This document shows, piece by piece, positions 1-10,210 of a DNA stretch of 64,000 nt. A program made the translations under genes and the position numbers. This stretch comes from Candidatus Bathyarchaeota archaeon (lineage in GTDB: Archaea > Thermoproteota > Bathyarchaeia > 40CM-2-53-6). The stretch covers positions 4,478-68,477 of the forward strand of contig CAWHWX010000005.1 in the NCBI GenBank assembly GCA_963833125.1. Direction: 5' to 3'. The notes under the pieces were generated by a model, which was not told the DNA's origin, did no database searches, and saw only the letters and a list, made by a program, of their open reading frames with translations. Numbering within the stretch: position 1 is the stretch's first letter; every line of letters begins with the position of its first letter.

Positions 1-183
1 AGCAGTCATACCAACCTCGTCAAGCCGCCAATTGAAAGGGAAAACATTGACATGAGAGAACGGTGCCACGACCCATCCAGGATGCGTTACCTGAATTATC
101 ACAACATACACCCAAACAAGAAGACCAAAAATAAATGCCGTCAACGCCACCGCACGCAACAACCCATGCTTACGAATCTTCAA
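1..183 (-). CDS. Possible 5' portion of a membrane-protein gene running off the left edge (non-ATG start, tentative)
   Basis: The minus-strand frame is open from ~240 to position 1. It reads ..LKIRKHGLLRAVALTAFIFGLLVWVYVVIIQVTHPGW.., which contains one clear hydrophobic helix. The only candidate start is TTG at 181-183. Not in the supplied ORF track. Confidence 0.2.
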   Translation of the reverse strand, partial: MKIRKHGLLRAVALTAFIFGLLVWVYVVIIQVTHPGWVVAPFSHVNVFPFNWRLDEVGMTA

Positions 184-881
184 ACCATCACACCTAACGT
201 CCCAGTCAACAATATGCTCGTTCCACAGGGACACATACTTAATTCTGATGACATCAGGTTGACGGGTGGTCTAGGACTTTCGTCCGATTTTTCCGGGCTG
301 TCGGGGCACAAAATTTATCCTGTTCTAGACACACGCACCCATTCGATACCTACTCAGACTAAAACAAGTAGAGCCACAGACCGACCCGCACGACAACGCA
401 CACAACCCTTCCATTTCTCTAGTCGTTGCTTTGAAACAAAAAGAAAGGGCTGTTCTGTTACTCGGGTACGATGAGCCGCGAGAAAAGATCGCACATTCTG
501 CTGAAACGTGACCCGAGCATACTCCGAAGTAGGTCGATGTCGGCCCTGCTTATCGCCTTCAATGCCCTCATCCCAAGAGCAAGAGATGAGACAACGGTTT
601 GTAACCCGAGATAGGATACGCCCCTGGCAGCGGAAAGCGAGTTAGCCTCTTCTTCCAAGTTTTATTCTCCCGAAAACGTAGATAGCTCGTCGGCTTGATC
701 ATCAACCGTTAGATATCAACTGACAGAGGCGAATTACCTAATCACGTTTATCCCCCATGTGAGATAGACCGATCATATCTGACGATCCAAGACACTTCCT
801 GTGTAAGGACTTGAGTGGCCGTGGGGGCGGGTCCCCACTAGGGCTATATCGATATTCTGGCTTTAATCGCTTGAGTCGGAA

Positions 882-1364
882 ATGCCGCGAATCACCTCTT
901 CGCTAATCCTCACCGGCGCGATCTTAATATCCGTGGTAGTTATTTCCATGCACTACTCTCGAGCTCAGTTCAATCCTACTATGCAAACAGGTTTTAGTCA
1001 AGCCTTGGTGGCCGTAAATAATGCTGAAGCTGCAGGAGCTACTCCAAACGAAACTGCCCCGCTGGTAGCTTTTCTCAATAAAGCGCTTGAGATGAACCAA
1101 GAGGCATCCAGCCTACCTGCCAACCAAACTGACCAGCGCAATGCCATAATATCAAGCGTAAACCAGATTCTGATGAATGTTACCAATCAAGCCCTCGTTC
1201 TAACTAATGCATCAGCCCAAAGAACCTACACGAGCAAGGTCATAACATACCTCAGCGGAATAGTCGCAGTAGCTATCGGAACGTTTGCCTACGCACTCGG
1301 AGTGCAATCTTATCAGAGATATCGGATCAAACGAACTTTTCAAATGAGGGTTAAAGCGAAGTGA
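882..1364 (+). CDS. Hypothetical bitopic membrane protein (N- and C-terminal TM helices, helical ectodomain with several N-x-S/T sequons)
   Basis: 160-aa ORF. TM helices at SLILTGAILISVVVISM and ITYLSGIVAVAIGTFAYALGV. Its stop overlaps the GTG start of the next ORF (GTGA at 1361-1364), suggesting an operon. Confidence 0.55.
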   Translation: MPRITSSLILTGAILISVVVISMHYSRAQFNPTMQTGFSQALVAVNNAEAAGATPNETAPLVAFLNKALEMNQEASSLPANQTDQRNAIISSVNQILMNVTNQALVLTNASAQRTYTSKVITYLSGIVAVAIGTFAYALGVQSYQRYRIKRTFQMRVKAK

Positions 1365-2005
1365 AGTTCACATCAACACAGAATAAACGAACGCTAATCG
1401 CTGTTTTCATCGCCCTCCTGGTCATCGCGGAAGCTATCACCTTTGTGGCAACCACCCCACGCCCACAAGAACAATTCTTCCAAGTCTACATCCTCGGCTC
1501 AAACAAACTTGCAGCAGACTACTACCCTCAAAACAACCCCAACCTTCACTTATCCTCGCCCATCTCATGGTATCTAGGTGTAACGAACTTCATGGGAAAC
1601 CTGCAATTAGTAGAGATAAGATTGAAGTTAGGAAACGAAACCACGGCTCCTCGCAACGACACTAGTAATACTCCTTCATCGGCGCCCGAACTAATAGCAT
1701 TCGACCGATTCCTAATGGACAACGAAACCTGGGAATTCCCATTCGTCTGGAGCATAACCAACGCCACTGCAACAAGTGGATCCACCCGCATTCTCACGGC
1801 AAGTATCAACAATGAAACTTACGTGATTTCAAATTGGTCCGCAACTAACGGCTATAACTTCCGGATCATTCTTGAACTCTGGGTATGGCAGACCAACACA
1901 AATGTGTTTGAATTTGGTTGGACTAACAATGGAGAAAAGCAAACAGCATGGCTTCAGATCTGGTTCAACATGACCAATCCTACTAGTCCTCCACCGCCAG
2001 CCTGA
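1361..2005 (+). CDS. Membrane-anchored extracellular protein resembling the C-terminal ectodomain of archaeal DUF1616 proteins
   Basis: N-terminal anchor LIAVFIALLVIAEAITFVA is followed by EQFFQVYILGSNKLAADYYPQN...LGVTNFMGN..LVEIRLKL. This matches my memory of the DUF1616 second half (F-E-x-Y-I-L-G...A-x-x-Y-P). Many N-glycosylation sequons. Confidence 0.6.
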   Translation: MKFTSTQNKRTLIAVFIALLVIAEAITFVATTPRPQEQFFQVYILGSNKLAADYYPQNNPNLHLSSPISWYLGVTNFMGNLQLVEIRLKLGNETTAPRNDTSNTPSSAPELIAFDRFLMDNETWEFPFVWSITNATATSGSTRILTASINNETYVISNWSATNGYNFRIILELWVWQTNTNVFEFGWTNNGEKQTAWLQIWFNMTNPTSPPPPA

Positions 2006-2227
2006 TCCAACTAATGCTTTCTCTAGGCAAATCGACGGAATAACTCTTCCTGATTAGGCAAGTACCGATAACATAACGGTGGCGGTCGGTGCAATTCTCA
2101 GCTAGAAGTTCGCTAATAGAACTGATCATAAATATAGATCGGATACCGAGTTCCAAAAGGAAGTATTGACCTGGAGTTGACCCAAGGTATTTCGTTAAGG
2201 AATCTGCCTTGCGACAAGACGTGTTGA

Positions 2228-2824
2228 TCAAGTAAGCGCGTGTTTCCTTAGCAGCGCAATCACGTTCAGCGCCATAGTGGTTAACGTAAGCGAAATCACA
2301 ATCGGGGTGAGCGTCATTCCCCAAGGTGTATAATTGAGGATTGCGCCAACAAGCGTTGCCAAAGCCAAACTCAATCCGAAACTCAACGCGACTCTTTCGA
2401 CTGAATCCAAGTCACGGATTCCGAACAACGCTTCAACGGCTGCGAATCCCGGAATAAAGAGAATGAACACCGCTCCGAATACCCATCGGACCACAACAAT
2501 AGGGAACTCTGAGGGGACGAGGTAGATAGCAAGAATTGCCCCAAACGATGCTACCGCGGATACGTAAAAACACAGGTTTAGCTCCCACTTCCACAGGAAT
2601 CGTACTAACGTCTCAGATGACTTGGCTGCTTTCAAGTCGACTTTACCCTCTGCAGCCAACCGCAAAACTAAGTCAGTTATTTGACGCTCAGTCGGGGAGA
2701 GATTGCCACCCTGTAGCCCTTCGTAAAGTTGTTCAACGCTGATTTCCCCTTTTGTTGCAAGATAATCCAATATGCTGTCTTCCATCGTGTCGGCCCTAAG
2801 AGCATTTTCGGAGTCGCTCGCCAA
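2228..2824 (-). CDS. DUF1616-type membrane protein, N-terminal half only, with an N-terminal winged-helix-like domain
   Basis: FIPGFAAVEALFGIRDLDSVERVALSFGLSLALATLVGAILNYTPWGMTLTPIVISL matches the conserved DUF1616 TM core (..ERxALSFGLS...LNYTPWG..). The N-terminal ~75 aa (ILDYLATKGEISVEQLYEGL...LVLRLAAEGKV) look like a wHTH. Confidence 0.7.
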   Translation of the reverse strand: MASDSENALRADTMEDSILDYLATKGEISVEQLYEGLQGGNLSPTERQITDLVLRLAAEGKVDLKAAKSSETLVRFLWKWELNLCFYVSAVASFGAILAIYLVPSEFPIVVVRWVFGAVFILFIPGFAAVEALFGIRDLDSVERVALSFGLSLALATLVGAILNYTPWGMTLTPIVISLTLTTMALNVIALLRKHALT

Positions 2825-3081
2825 GATCTCAATACTCAGGTACCTTAAACGTGTAGTGTGTTACTTGAAGAATCTCATTGTCATCAGAAGATAACGCCAA
2901 GTCTCCATCGCTAGAGTTCGGGTTCACGCTGCAGTTTCGCAATTTACTCCAATTGCAGATAAGTTGCCCGAAATGGACGCGGTGATTGCGTAATATTAAG
3001 TGTCGGCGTAGAAGTTGCCGCTACTCGACGTGTCGCCAATCGTGCCAGATGTCAAGACGGAATGACCTCTTTAGAGTCGCA

Positions 3082-4857
3082 TCACATTGGGAGTATCTTG
3101 AAAGTTGGGGTGCCACTGTAGGTTGGAATCAGATTGTGTTGGGCAGGAACGAAGATGATTGCTCCCGTTGCGTACGATACTGCGGTTCCGTCAAGTGTCA
3201 ACCCTGTTATGCCTGTGGCTGAAGTTACCACATAGTTCGCATCGTAAGAGAGTAGAGGAAATGCAACTCCAGTTCCCGGCAGAGTTGGGCTGAACGGAGA
3301 TTGAGGATTGTAACCCACATTGTTTCTGATGACCGTGCTGGTTCCGCTATTGTTAAGATTGTTTGATGCTCCGCAGCCGGGATTCAATACGAAGTTATCA
3401 TGCACTTGATTTCCGGTAGCGCCGCTTTCAATCTGAATCCCTATACACCAAGAATCAACTTGGTTTTCGGAAACAATGTTATGGTTGCCGAACACGTCAA
3501 TCGCAAGACCACCTGCGTAACTTGTAAGTGTGTTTCCTTGAACAGTTGAATTGTTAGCGTAAAGATCTATTCCATGCGAATTGAGACTGGGTTGGTTAAT
3601 CACGTTCCCAATAATGTTGTTATGACTTGGGATAACCCCCCCAGTATTTGCGTCAGAAGCTACGCCTGCAACTGATGGTCGATAAATGGTGCAACCCACG
3701 CAGGCGCTACTGCTCGTCACCATGGAGACTCCAACACGTCCGTTTCGCACTGTCACGCCCACGGCCGTCAAATCTAAGCAGGTATCCCCAGTCTCATCTC
3801 CAAGCATTACTCCGGTCCAACCGTTTACTCCTCCTGGGTTTACGGGCATAATAACTGTACCACCGATCACGGAGCAAGAATAGGAGTAGGAGCATAGCTC
3901 TATCCCGAAATTAGCTGTGACCGCACCTGTGAATATTGCGGTACAGTTCACGACTCGACATCCAATACTTGGAGTGCTTGCTGCTCCACCATAAACCTCA
4001 AAAGCAGCAGAATACGGCCCACAATCAGTTGCCTTGCAATCTACCGCATTACAATACAAGCAACCGGATATTTCTACGGCTGACCCGTAACAAAGAGAGA
4101 ACAGACATTTCTTAACATCTACGCCGTTGCAATACCATAAGTAAAAGCCGAACGAACCTCCACCTTGATAAGTGTTGCAGCCGTAAACATCGTCGATAAG
4201 TCCATCGGTCACATTCTTCAGTTGAATCAGCACGTGACCTGAAGCAAGTTGGCCGTTACCATTCACTTGACCACCCTGTATCTCAATCTGTACGTCGCCT
4301 CCTGCCTGATTCGAATTTCCAATCATATACGCCATATCAACGCTGGCCGTGATTCTTCCTTGAATTTCGAAAATGGTGTAGCTGGGGACATTGATTGGAG
4401 CTGTAATGCTGATGTCTCCCACGATGACTACCCTTTGTTTGTATGTTCTGCCCGAAGTGAGTCCAGCTAAGGCATTGTTAATCACGGTCGCAGCATTGGA
4501 GCCTGAATATGGGGTTAATCCGCTGTTGGGGGCTGGTCGAGCGTAAACTGTGTTTCCAATCAATTCAATGACATAACTTGCAACTTGTCGTGTGACAACA
4601 ATAGTTTCTACTCCGCTATCATCCATTATGTATGGCATCTTGTCAAGCGTCTTAGCCGAAAGACGCAATCTACCAGATGCAGGTGCAGTTTCACCAGTCC
4701 CATCTATGAACTCTACATAATTAGTAATCTCGCTCGCAACTTGGGCCGCTGTTTCTGGAACTGATCCAAAACCGATTAAGGCTGCACCGCCGACTGCACC
4801 CACCGCTAGAAGCTTTGCAAGGCAATCTCGGCGCGAAGGAAGCTTCTCTGAATTCAA
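3082..4857 (-). CDS. Tat-exported right-handed parallel beta-helix repeat protein (pectate-lyase/NosD-like fold)
   Basis: Twin-arginine signal PSRRDCLAKLLAVGAVGGAALIG. Long Gly/Asn/Thr/Val-rich body with recurring ~22-25 aa turns (..GNxxxxN.., VxGCTI, IxGNVI, VQGNTL, VSENQV, VHDNFV, IRNNVG) typical of parallel beta-helices. Confidence 0.75.
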   Translation of the reverse strand: MNSEKLPSRRDCLAKLLAVGAVGGAALIGFGSVPETAAQVASEITNYVEFIDGTGETAPASGRLRLSAKTLDKMPYIMDDSGVETIVVTRQVASYVIELIGNTVYARPAPNSGLTPYSGSNAATVINNALAGLTSGRTYKQRVVIVGDISITAPINVPSYTIFEIQGRITASVDMAYMIGNSNQAGGDVQIEIQGGQVNGNGQLASGHVLIQLKNVTDGLIDDVYGCNTYQGGGSFGFYLWYCNGVDVKKCLFSLCYGSAVEISGCLYCNAVDCKATDCGPYSAAFEVYGGAASTPSIGCRVVNCTAIFTGAVTANFGIELCSYSYSCSVIGGTVIMPVNPGGVNGWTGVMLGDETGDTCLDLTAVGVTVRNGRVGVSMVTSSSACVGCTIYRPSVAGVASDANTGGVIPSHNNIIGNVINQPSLNSHGIDLYANNSTVQGNTLTSYAGGLAIDVFGNHNIVSENQVDSWCIGIQIESGATGNQVHDNFVLNPGCGASNNLNNSGTSTVIRNNVGYNPQSPFSPTLPGTGVAFPLLSYDANYVVTSATGITGLTLDGTAVSYATGAIIFVPAQHNLIPTYSGTPTFKILPM

Positions 4858-5596
4858 TCTAGTTCACTCTTGTTGTCGCACGGCATTTTTCCATTCCCGT
4901 TTGACCTTACCGAAGGCAGTCAAAATCCGATAAGCTGTTAGAACTGTTTGTTGTTAGAAAGGTTAGAGGGCGGGAACAGTAGTGCACTAATTTATGTAAA
5001 TTGGTATTTTTCAGCCAGTTATCGTAGACTCGTTCCCCGCTTTTGTAGTATAAGTGCTTGAAACTTAGCCATCCGTGTCTCTGACGACTCGTAACATGTG
5101 TTTTCAGATTCCAACATCCGACAAAATTTTTTCAGGAACAAGGGAGCTGCCTATCGAACGGAGGCTTGACGACTATGTTGCGTGCGAAGCTGGGTTTTAG
5201 CATATGTGCAAGAAAAAACTCTGATTGCATTTTTCCAATGATTAAGACGACGCAAATAGCAGCTGGATTTCGAAGTAGTAGACGCATTGCTCTCTCGTTT
5301 AAACGGCGGTTGGTACTTTGGTTGCCGTCTATAGTGGTTTCTGAGCGCGACAACCAAACAATTGATTGTTTGGCCTGCCTGACCGAAATCTTAGTATCAA
5401 CCGAAAGTAACAAGAAGGAACTCTTAATCCATCGTCCGTCAATGTAACGGTTTTGCAGATTCTATCCGCTGCGGTTAGTTGACGGAAACTTCGTTACTCG
5501 ATATTCACGGGGGCCTATCAGTATGTCTCATATAGTAAGGACGGTCATTCCAACGGGCTTATCTCAATCACCGAAGCGCGTTGAAGAGGTCAGACA

Positions 5597-7354
5597 ATGA
5601 GGCATTTCGATCAAAGGGTCTCCCTATTCTTACTGCCCTTAGGAGGCGCAGTAGTTTTTCTCAATATTCTTCTTGCTCCACCCGAAAAGACTGCAATCGT
5701 GGTTAGCGTTATCGGGTTGTTTGCACTGCTGGCTGGTCTCTATTGGGTAGGCGGAAACATTGACGCTAAGTTACCCGGATCGAGCCTTTTCCTCTTGTTT
5801 GTCTTGGTTGTCTGCGTTCTGATTAGCGTATTGCCTCCGGGGTTAACTCCATCTCTAACGAGTCCGATCACCTTGTCGATCGCACTCCTAACATTGCTCC
5901 CTCTCTCACGTTCGAAAAACATTTCGGGAGTTCACATTGCTTTACTTGCAGTATTTCTTGGGACCCTGGGCTCGTACGAAGTGCTCTATTATTACCCACT
6001 AAACCTCGGGATAGATGCATGGTCGTATCTTGCCGGATCATCCGTTATTGTTCAGACGGGACACTATTCCGCTACTACGCTTCCGAAGGCAATAGATGTG
6101 TACTATTCACCATTTCCAATTATGTCAATCGCACCATCAATGTTCGCGACCATCACTGGCCTTGACGTCACGATGTCCCTATTTCTTTTCCCCGGGTTGC
6201 TCATAGTACTCCAGCCATTATTCATTTTTCTCCTTGCACGATCGATGTTCGGAATCGACGCTGCTCCACTTTCGGCTTTGACTGTAGTCAGCGAGGCCGC
6301 GGTTACTCGATGGATAAACGCACCACTTGCTGAATCCGTAGCACTCTCACTGATGCTGCTTGTCTTGCTGGTTCTAAACGGCCGAATGTCGATCGGCCGG
6401 TTGTTTTCGATCCTAATTTTGTTTCCAGTACTAGCTGCTTTGCATGGAGTCGTTGCCTTGATGTCGGTTTTCCTCTTCTGGTTCCTCATTCCAAGGAATA
6501 GATTAGGTAAGGGAGCGGTGCGGATACTGACTCTTGTCTTCCTAGGGTATCTCGCAATAACCGCTGGAACAATTAGGTTGTTCTTAGGGGGTTCATCCCT
6601 GCTGTCTGGCACACTCGGATCCACATTCGGCTTTAGCTCCACTACGCCAACACAAGTTCTCTTTGCCGGATCGAGTTCTGGCCTGCCGTTTATCTGGTGG
6701 GGATTTCCAGTAGCATTAACTCTGATTCTATTTTTCTTAGACCGTAAAAAAGCCGCAAACTGGATCTATTCAGGTTTGGGTTTGCTTGGTTTGTCATTCG
6801 TGGCCAACCTGATTGCTCCTGGGACTAACATCGACAGATATGGAGGTCTAACTGCATGGCTCATCCTCGCAGTCGCGAGTGGTCGGGCACTCAGCCTTGT
6901 GACCAAGACTCCTCGTCAAGCTTTGTTAGCTATTCCGATTCTAATGTTAGTGTTCTCTTCTAGCATGATAGATCCAACCATATCGCCGCAATACGGAATC
7001 GTGCACGGGTATGTCTTACCTACCTCAATCGCCGATAGAGAAGCGCTGAGTTGGCTGAGTACTAGTTATGTGCACACGGTCGGCTATATCACAGTCACGA
7101 ATGATTATGCGCGTGCATACCTTCTGTTTGCTCAGTTTACGTCAGGCTCTGATTACAATCGCTACATTGGTGCATGGAACCCACACTATTTGTTTCTTCC
7201 CGGCAGCTCGAATGTCCTTTTTGCGAGATCAAGCGACTTTCCAACGGAACCTTCTGGAGTTTGTGCGCCTTCTATGTTTCTGACTAGCAATCAAAATGCA
7301 AAGGTAAACATTGTCTTTAGCAATGGCTGCGGCATAGTTGCAGGGTCTCCGTAA
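5597..7354 (+). CDS. Large polytopic membrane protein (>=12 TM) with C-terminal soluble domain; GT-C / O-antigen-polymerase-like candidate
   Basis: 585-aa ORF, almost entirely hydrophobic helices over ~470 aa, then a hydrophilic tail. It sits in the glycan cluster. No WWDYG-type AglB motif seen. Confidence 0.75.
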   Translation: MRHFDQRVSLFLLPLGGAVVFLNILLAPPEKTAIVVSVIGLFALLAGLYWVGGNIDAKLPGSSLFLLFVLVVCVLISVLPPGLTPSLTSPITLSIALLTLLPLSRSKNISGVHIALLAVFLGTLGSYEVLYYYPLNLGIDAWSYLAGSSVIVQTGHYSATTLPKAIDVYYSPFPIMSIAPSMFATITGLDVTMSLFLFPGLLIVLQPLFIFLLARSMFGIDAAPLSALTVVSEAAVTRWINAPLAESVALSLMLLVLLVLNGRMSIGRLFSILILFPVLAALHGVVALMSVFLFWFLIPRNRLGKGAVRILTLVFLGYLAITAGTIRLFLGGSSLLSGTLGSTFGFSSTTPTQVLFAGSSSGLPFIWWGFPVALTLILFFLDRKKAANWIYSGLGLLGLSFVANLIAPGTNIDRYGGLTAWLILAVASGRALSLVTKTPRQALLAIPILMLVFSSSMIDPTISPQYGIVHGYVLPTSIADREALSWLSTSYVHTVGYITVTNDYARAYLLFAQFTSGSDYNRYIGAWNPHYLFLPGSSNVLFARSSDFPTEPSGVCAPSMFLTSNQNAKVNIVFSNGCGIVAGSP

Positions 7355-7594
7355 TCGCCGACGTGGATTGGTCCCTTGCACCGATCTCGCAATGGGGAGG
7401 CCTTCTCGTTTCCATTAAACGATTAAATCTGCAAGCTCGAACATTCGAACGGCATTCAGTTTCATTAGGCATTAATCTGCACCGATAGTGTTCCGTATTG
7501 CATAGAGTATAGCAGCGTCCGACTCAGTCTGGGCATTGCCCAGACCCCTGCGAGTCCACTTTGAGCGATTCATTTCCTCCTATCAGAGTTTTCA

Positions 7595-8728
7595 TCATTT
7601 GTTGATGATTGAGGAGTACACTCGTTCTAGGGAAACTCCAACTGCTTGCGGCGAAAACAATCGATTAGCCAATCGCCTATTTCGGGTACCCAAAGCATGC
7701 CGTCTATCTCGGTCGTTGAGAAGAGAGCATGCTGAATCCGCCATCTCTTCGATAGAATCACACGCTAATATTCCCGATTCATTCAAGTAAGGGAGGAGCC
7801 CACAACACGCTTCTTTTGTTGCCACGATCGGCCTCCCAGCGACCATAGCTTCCACGAGTCGACTGTGTAATCCCATGGTCAAGTCATTCACAGGTAGGAT
7901 TATCAAATCGGAATTTAGCAGATAGTCGTATGGGTCAGTGACATAACCCAAGTTAATGATGGGGGCCTGTAAGTTTCGCAATCTCTCAGACCCCGGACCA
8001 GCCACAAAAACCCTAAGCTTGTATCCTCTCGCTTGCATCAAGCTGGTTATCTCAGATAGACGTGCAAGTTCGCGTGCGGATCGCTCCAAGCGAAAATTAG
8101 CGTGGAAGAAGATTCTCCACTCCGAACGCTTTTCAGGGGGTTCCAACGAATATGCGTCGTTTTTTAGATGTGACACACAGTTAAGAACTACAGATACATT
8201 CTTGTGGTATCTTTGATCAAAAAGTACCCGTAACTCCTCAGTAGGGGTTACAATTGCATCCGAGAACCTCAACACAAGTTTTTCGTAGATGACAAAAGTG
8301 AGCCACTCCCACAAGGGTCGGTTCAATCCCGGTTCATGGATCCGCACGGATGCGGACCCGTGCAGGTCCGAGACGATTGGCACACCGAGCGATCTTTTGA
8401 TCAGCGGATAGACAAGGCAGTTCATGGTGTGGCTTGTAAATTGCAGCACATCAATGTGGGACCCTCGAGATATTGCCTTTAGTTTCCTAAGAAGTCCAAG
8501 CGCGAAAATAATTGAGCATACAGGTCCGGGTTTAATTGCGAACGGGCACACATCAATATACTCAGCGCCAAGTGATCTTGCGAGGCTGACCTCAGCAAGA
8601 TTCTTTCCGTTTGATCCAAATATCGTCACTTGATGTCTTCTATTTACTAACGCCTTGACGAAACCCAGTGTCCGGGCAGATGTCCCTGTTTGAGGCAACA
8701 ACTCGTAACTGGCTATTGCTACTTTCAA
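7595..8728 (-). CDS. Glycosyltransferase family 4 (GT-B fold)
   Basis: N-terminal MKVAIAS...GTSARTL donor-domain pattern. C-terminal E-x7-E-type motif GLHSRLVEAMVAGRPIVATKEA. Confidence 0.85.
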   Translation of the reverse strand: MKVAIASYELLPQTGTSARTLGFVKALVNRRHQVTIFGSNGKNLAEVSLARSLGAEYIDVCPFAIKPGPVCSIIFALGLLRKLKAISRGSHIDVLQFTSHTMNCLVYPLIKRSLGVPIVSDLHGSASVRIHEPGLNRPLWEWLTFVIYEKLVLRFSDAIVTPTEELRVLFDQRYHKNVSVVLNCVSHLKNDAYSLEPPEKRSEWRIFFHANFRLERSARELARLSEITSLMQARGYKLRVFVAGPGSERLRNLQAPIINLGYVTDPYDYLLNSDLIILPVNDLTMGLHSRLVEAMVAGRPIVATKEACCGLLPYLNESGILACDSIEEMADSACSLLNDRDRRHALGTRNRRLANRLFSPQAVGVSLERVYSSIINK

Positions 8729-9126
8729 TTGGCACCAGGGCGTCTTGCGATCGATTCATTCTGACTATTCAGGTTGCATTTAAGCCGCTTGATTGGTATC
8801 GGTGTTTGATTCATCGATTGAAGAGGAGTCTGTTGGTACGCCAGCTCGAAACGTTCATGCTCTTCGCTAGGAAGACCATTCTACCGTTGTCGAGACCAGT
8901 GATTTCGGGCATACGCCACCTTAGGTGGCTTTCGAACCCAACTCCGATGCGATATACTACGTATACGTAGCGGAGGTAGATGCGTCTGAAACTTGCATTC
9001 GAATCCGGATACAATATAGGACCCTTGGTATGCTCCTGCTCAAGATGAAATCCTCGAACACATTAATAGGAACTGATCAATCGTTCAAAGTCGGGATTAT
9101 ATTTTGGAATTCCTGGGTGAACGAAA

Positions 9127-10210
9127 ATGGTCCGATCGATAGCTCTCGTGGGATGTGGGGCAGTAAGTCAATCATACTATGTGCCAGCCTGCCGCAGTAT
9201 CCCCGAATGTAGAATTGAGTGGTTCATCGACAAAAACGCCGAAAGGGCCAAAGAACTGGCGAAAGACTATGGGGGTGGTCGAGTGACATGCGACTACAAG
9301 GAAGCCATTGAGAACGTAGAAGCCGCTATCATAGCCCTGCCAAACCACCTACACGCAGAAGTGACCATAGATTTCCTCCAAAAAGGCCGCGATGTACTTT
9401 GCGAGAAACCGATTGCAAATAATAGCTCAGACGCCACGAGAATGGTTGAAGTAAGCAATGCGCAGTGGGACAAGGCTCACGATAAACCTCATCAGACGTC
9501 GGTACAAAAGTTTCAAAATTGCAAAACAAATGCTTAATGCAGGGATCCTCGGCAGAGTTATCCGGGTGACGTGTCAAGAAGGACGCATTTTCAACTGGCC
9601 ACTCTCGTCGATGGATCTACTCGATCCAAAGCGAGCCGGCGGCGGGGTCTTGATGGATTGGGGAACCCACGACTTGGATATTTTGAGGTGGCTGTTTTCA
9701 GGCGAGCTCGAATTGGCCTCATATGAGGATGACTCACTCGGCGGTGTCGAAGCAAATTGCAGCTTGAACCTGAGGATCAAGAATGAACACGCCGAAATAC
9801 CATGCCAGTTATTGCTTGGTAGGAGTAGAATATTGCCAAACAACGTCATCATATCAGGAGACCGATGTTCTCTTGAGATCCGTCAGGATGACATCAACGG
9901 CGTTTATCTGCGAACTGGAGGAAGCGTTCACAGGATCGAACCTTCGGTAGAAGAAGAGAACAAGGTTCTCCAAGGCCTCGACTACTTTGCTGAGCAAGTG
10001 ACGAAGTTCCTTGACAAATCTTCAGACGATTATACCCAAGGCGCCGACGCGGTTAAGGTTCTTAAGTTCATAGAGAATTGTTACAGAACTAAACACCAAA
10101 TGACATTCGCTTGGGAGCACTTTCGATCTAGTCCGTCAAGCCATTTGACGCCGTCTTCTGATGTTGGGACCATACTCGTGGTTGGCGCTGTCCGGGTTCT
10201 TGGGGACTAG
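9127..10210 (+). CDS. Gfo/Idh/MocA-family NAD(P)-dependent oxidoreductase (frameshift ~9455-9470; 3' end uncertain)
   Basis: Rossmann start IALVGCGAVSQSYY and the family motif VLCEKPIA lie in ORF 9127-9537. The C-terminal alpha/beta domain lies in ORF 9458-10210. The true stop is probably near 10130-10170, because the ILVVGA start of the next gene lies in this frame. Confidence 0.8.

Noticed and set aside
262-290. GACGAAAGUCC on the minus strand, reminiscent of the RNase P RNA CR-I element (GAGGAAAGUCC)
   Set aside because: None of the other conserved RNase P regions (CR-II to CR-V, such as the GGGUAA or ACAGAA elements) or helices could be found in the flanking 300 nt on that strand. An isolated 8-nt match is expected by chance.
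52-474. 140-aa plus-strand ORF at the left edge
   Set aside because: The composition is extremely biased towards Thr/Arg/His/Pro/Gln, with no motif. The opposite strand of the first ~240 bp reads as a plausible TM segment, so this is most likely a shadow or chance ORF.
6103-6642. Long antisense ORFs inside strong genes (6103-6642, 22225-22578, 48911-49384, 54251-54580, 57985-58428, 58459-58821, 59681-60076 and similar)
   Set aside because: Each lies wholly within a gene whose product has clear family motifs or membrane/surface-protein character. Their translations are low-complexity or Arg/Ser/Pro-rich, as is typical of shadow ORFs.
5597-7354. Calling either large membrane protein (5597-7354 or 22980-24975) the oligosaccharyltransferase AglB
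   Set aside because: No WWDYG or DxD/DK-type AglB/STT3 motifs were found by eye. Only a generic GT-C/polymerase-like label is justified.
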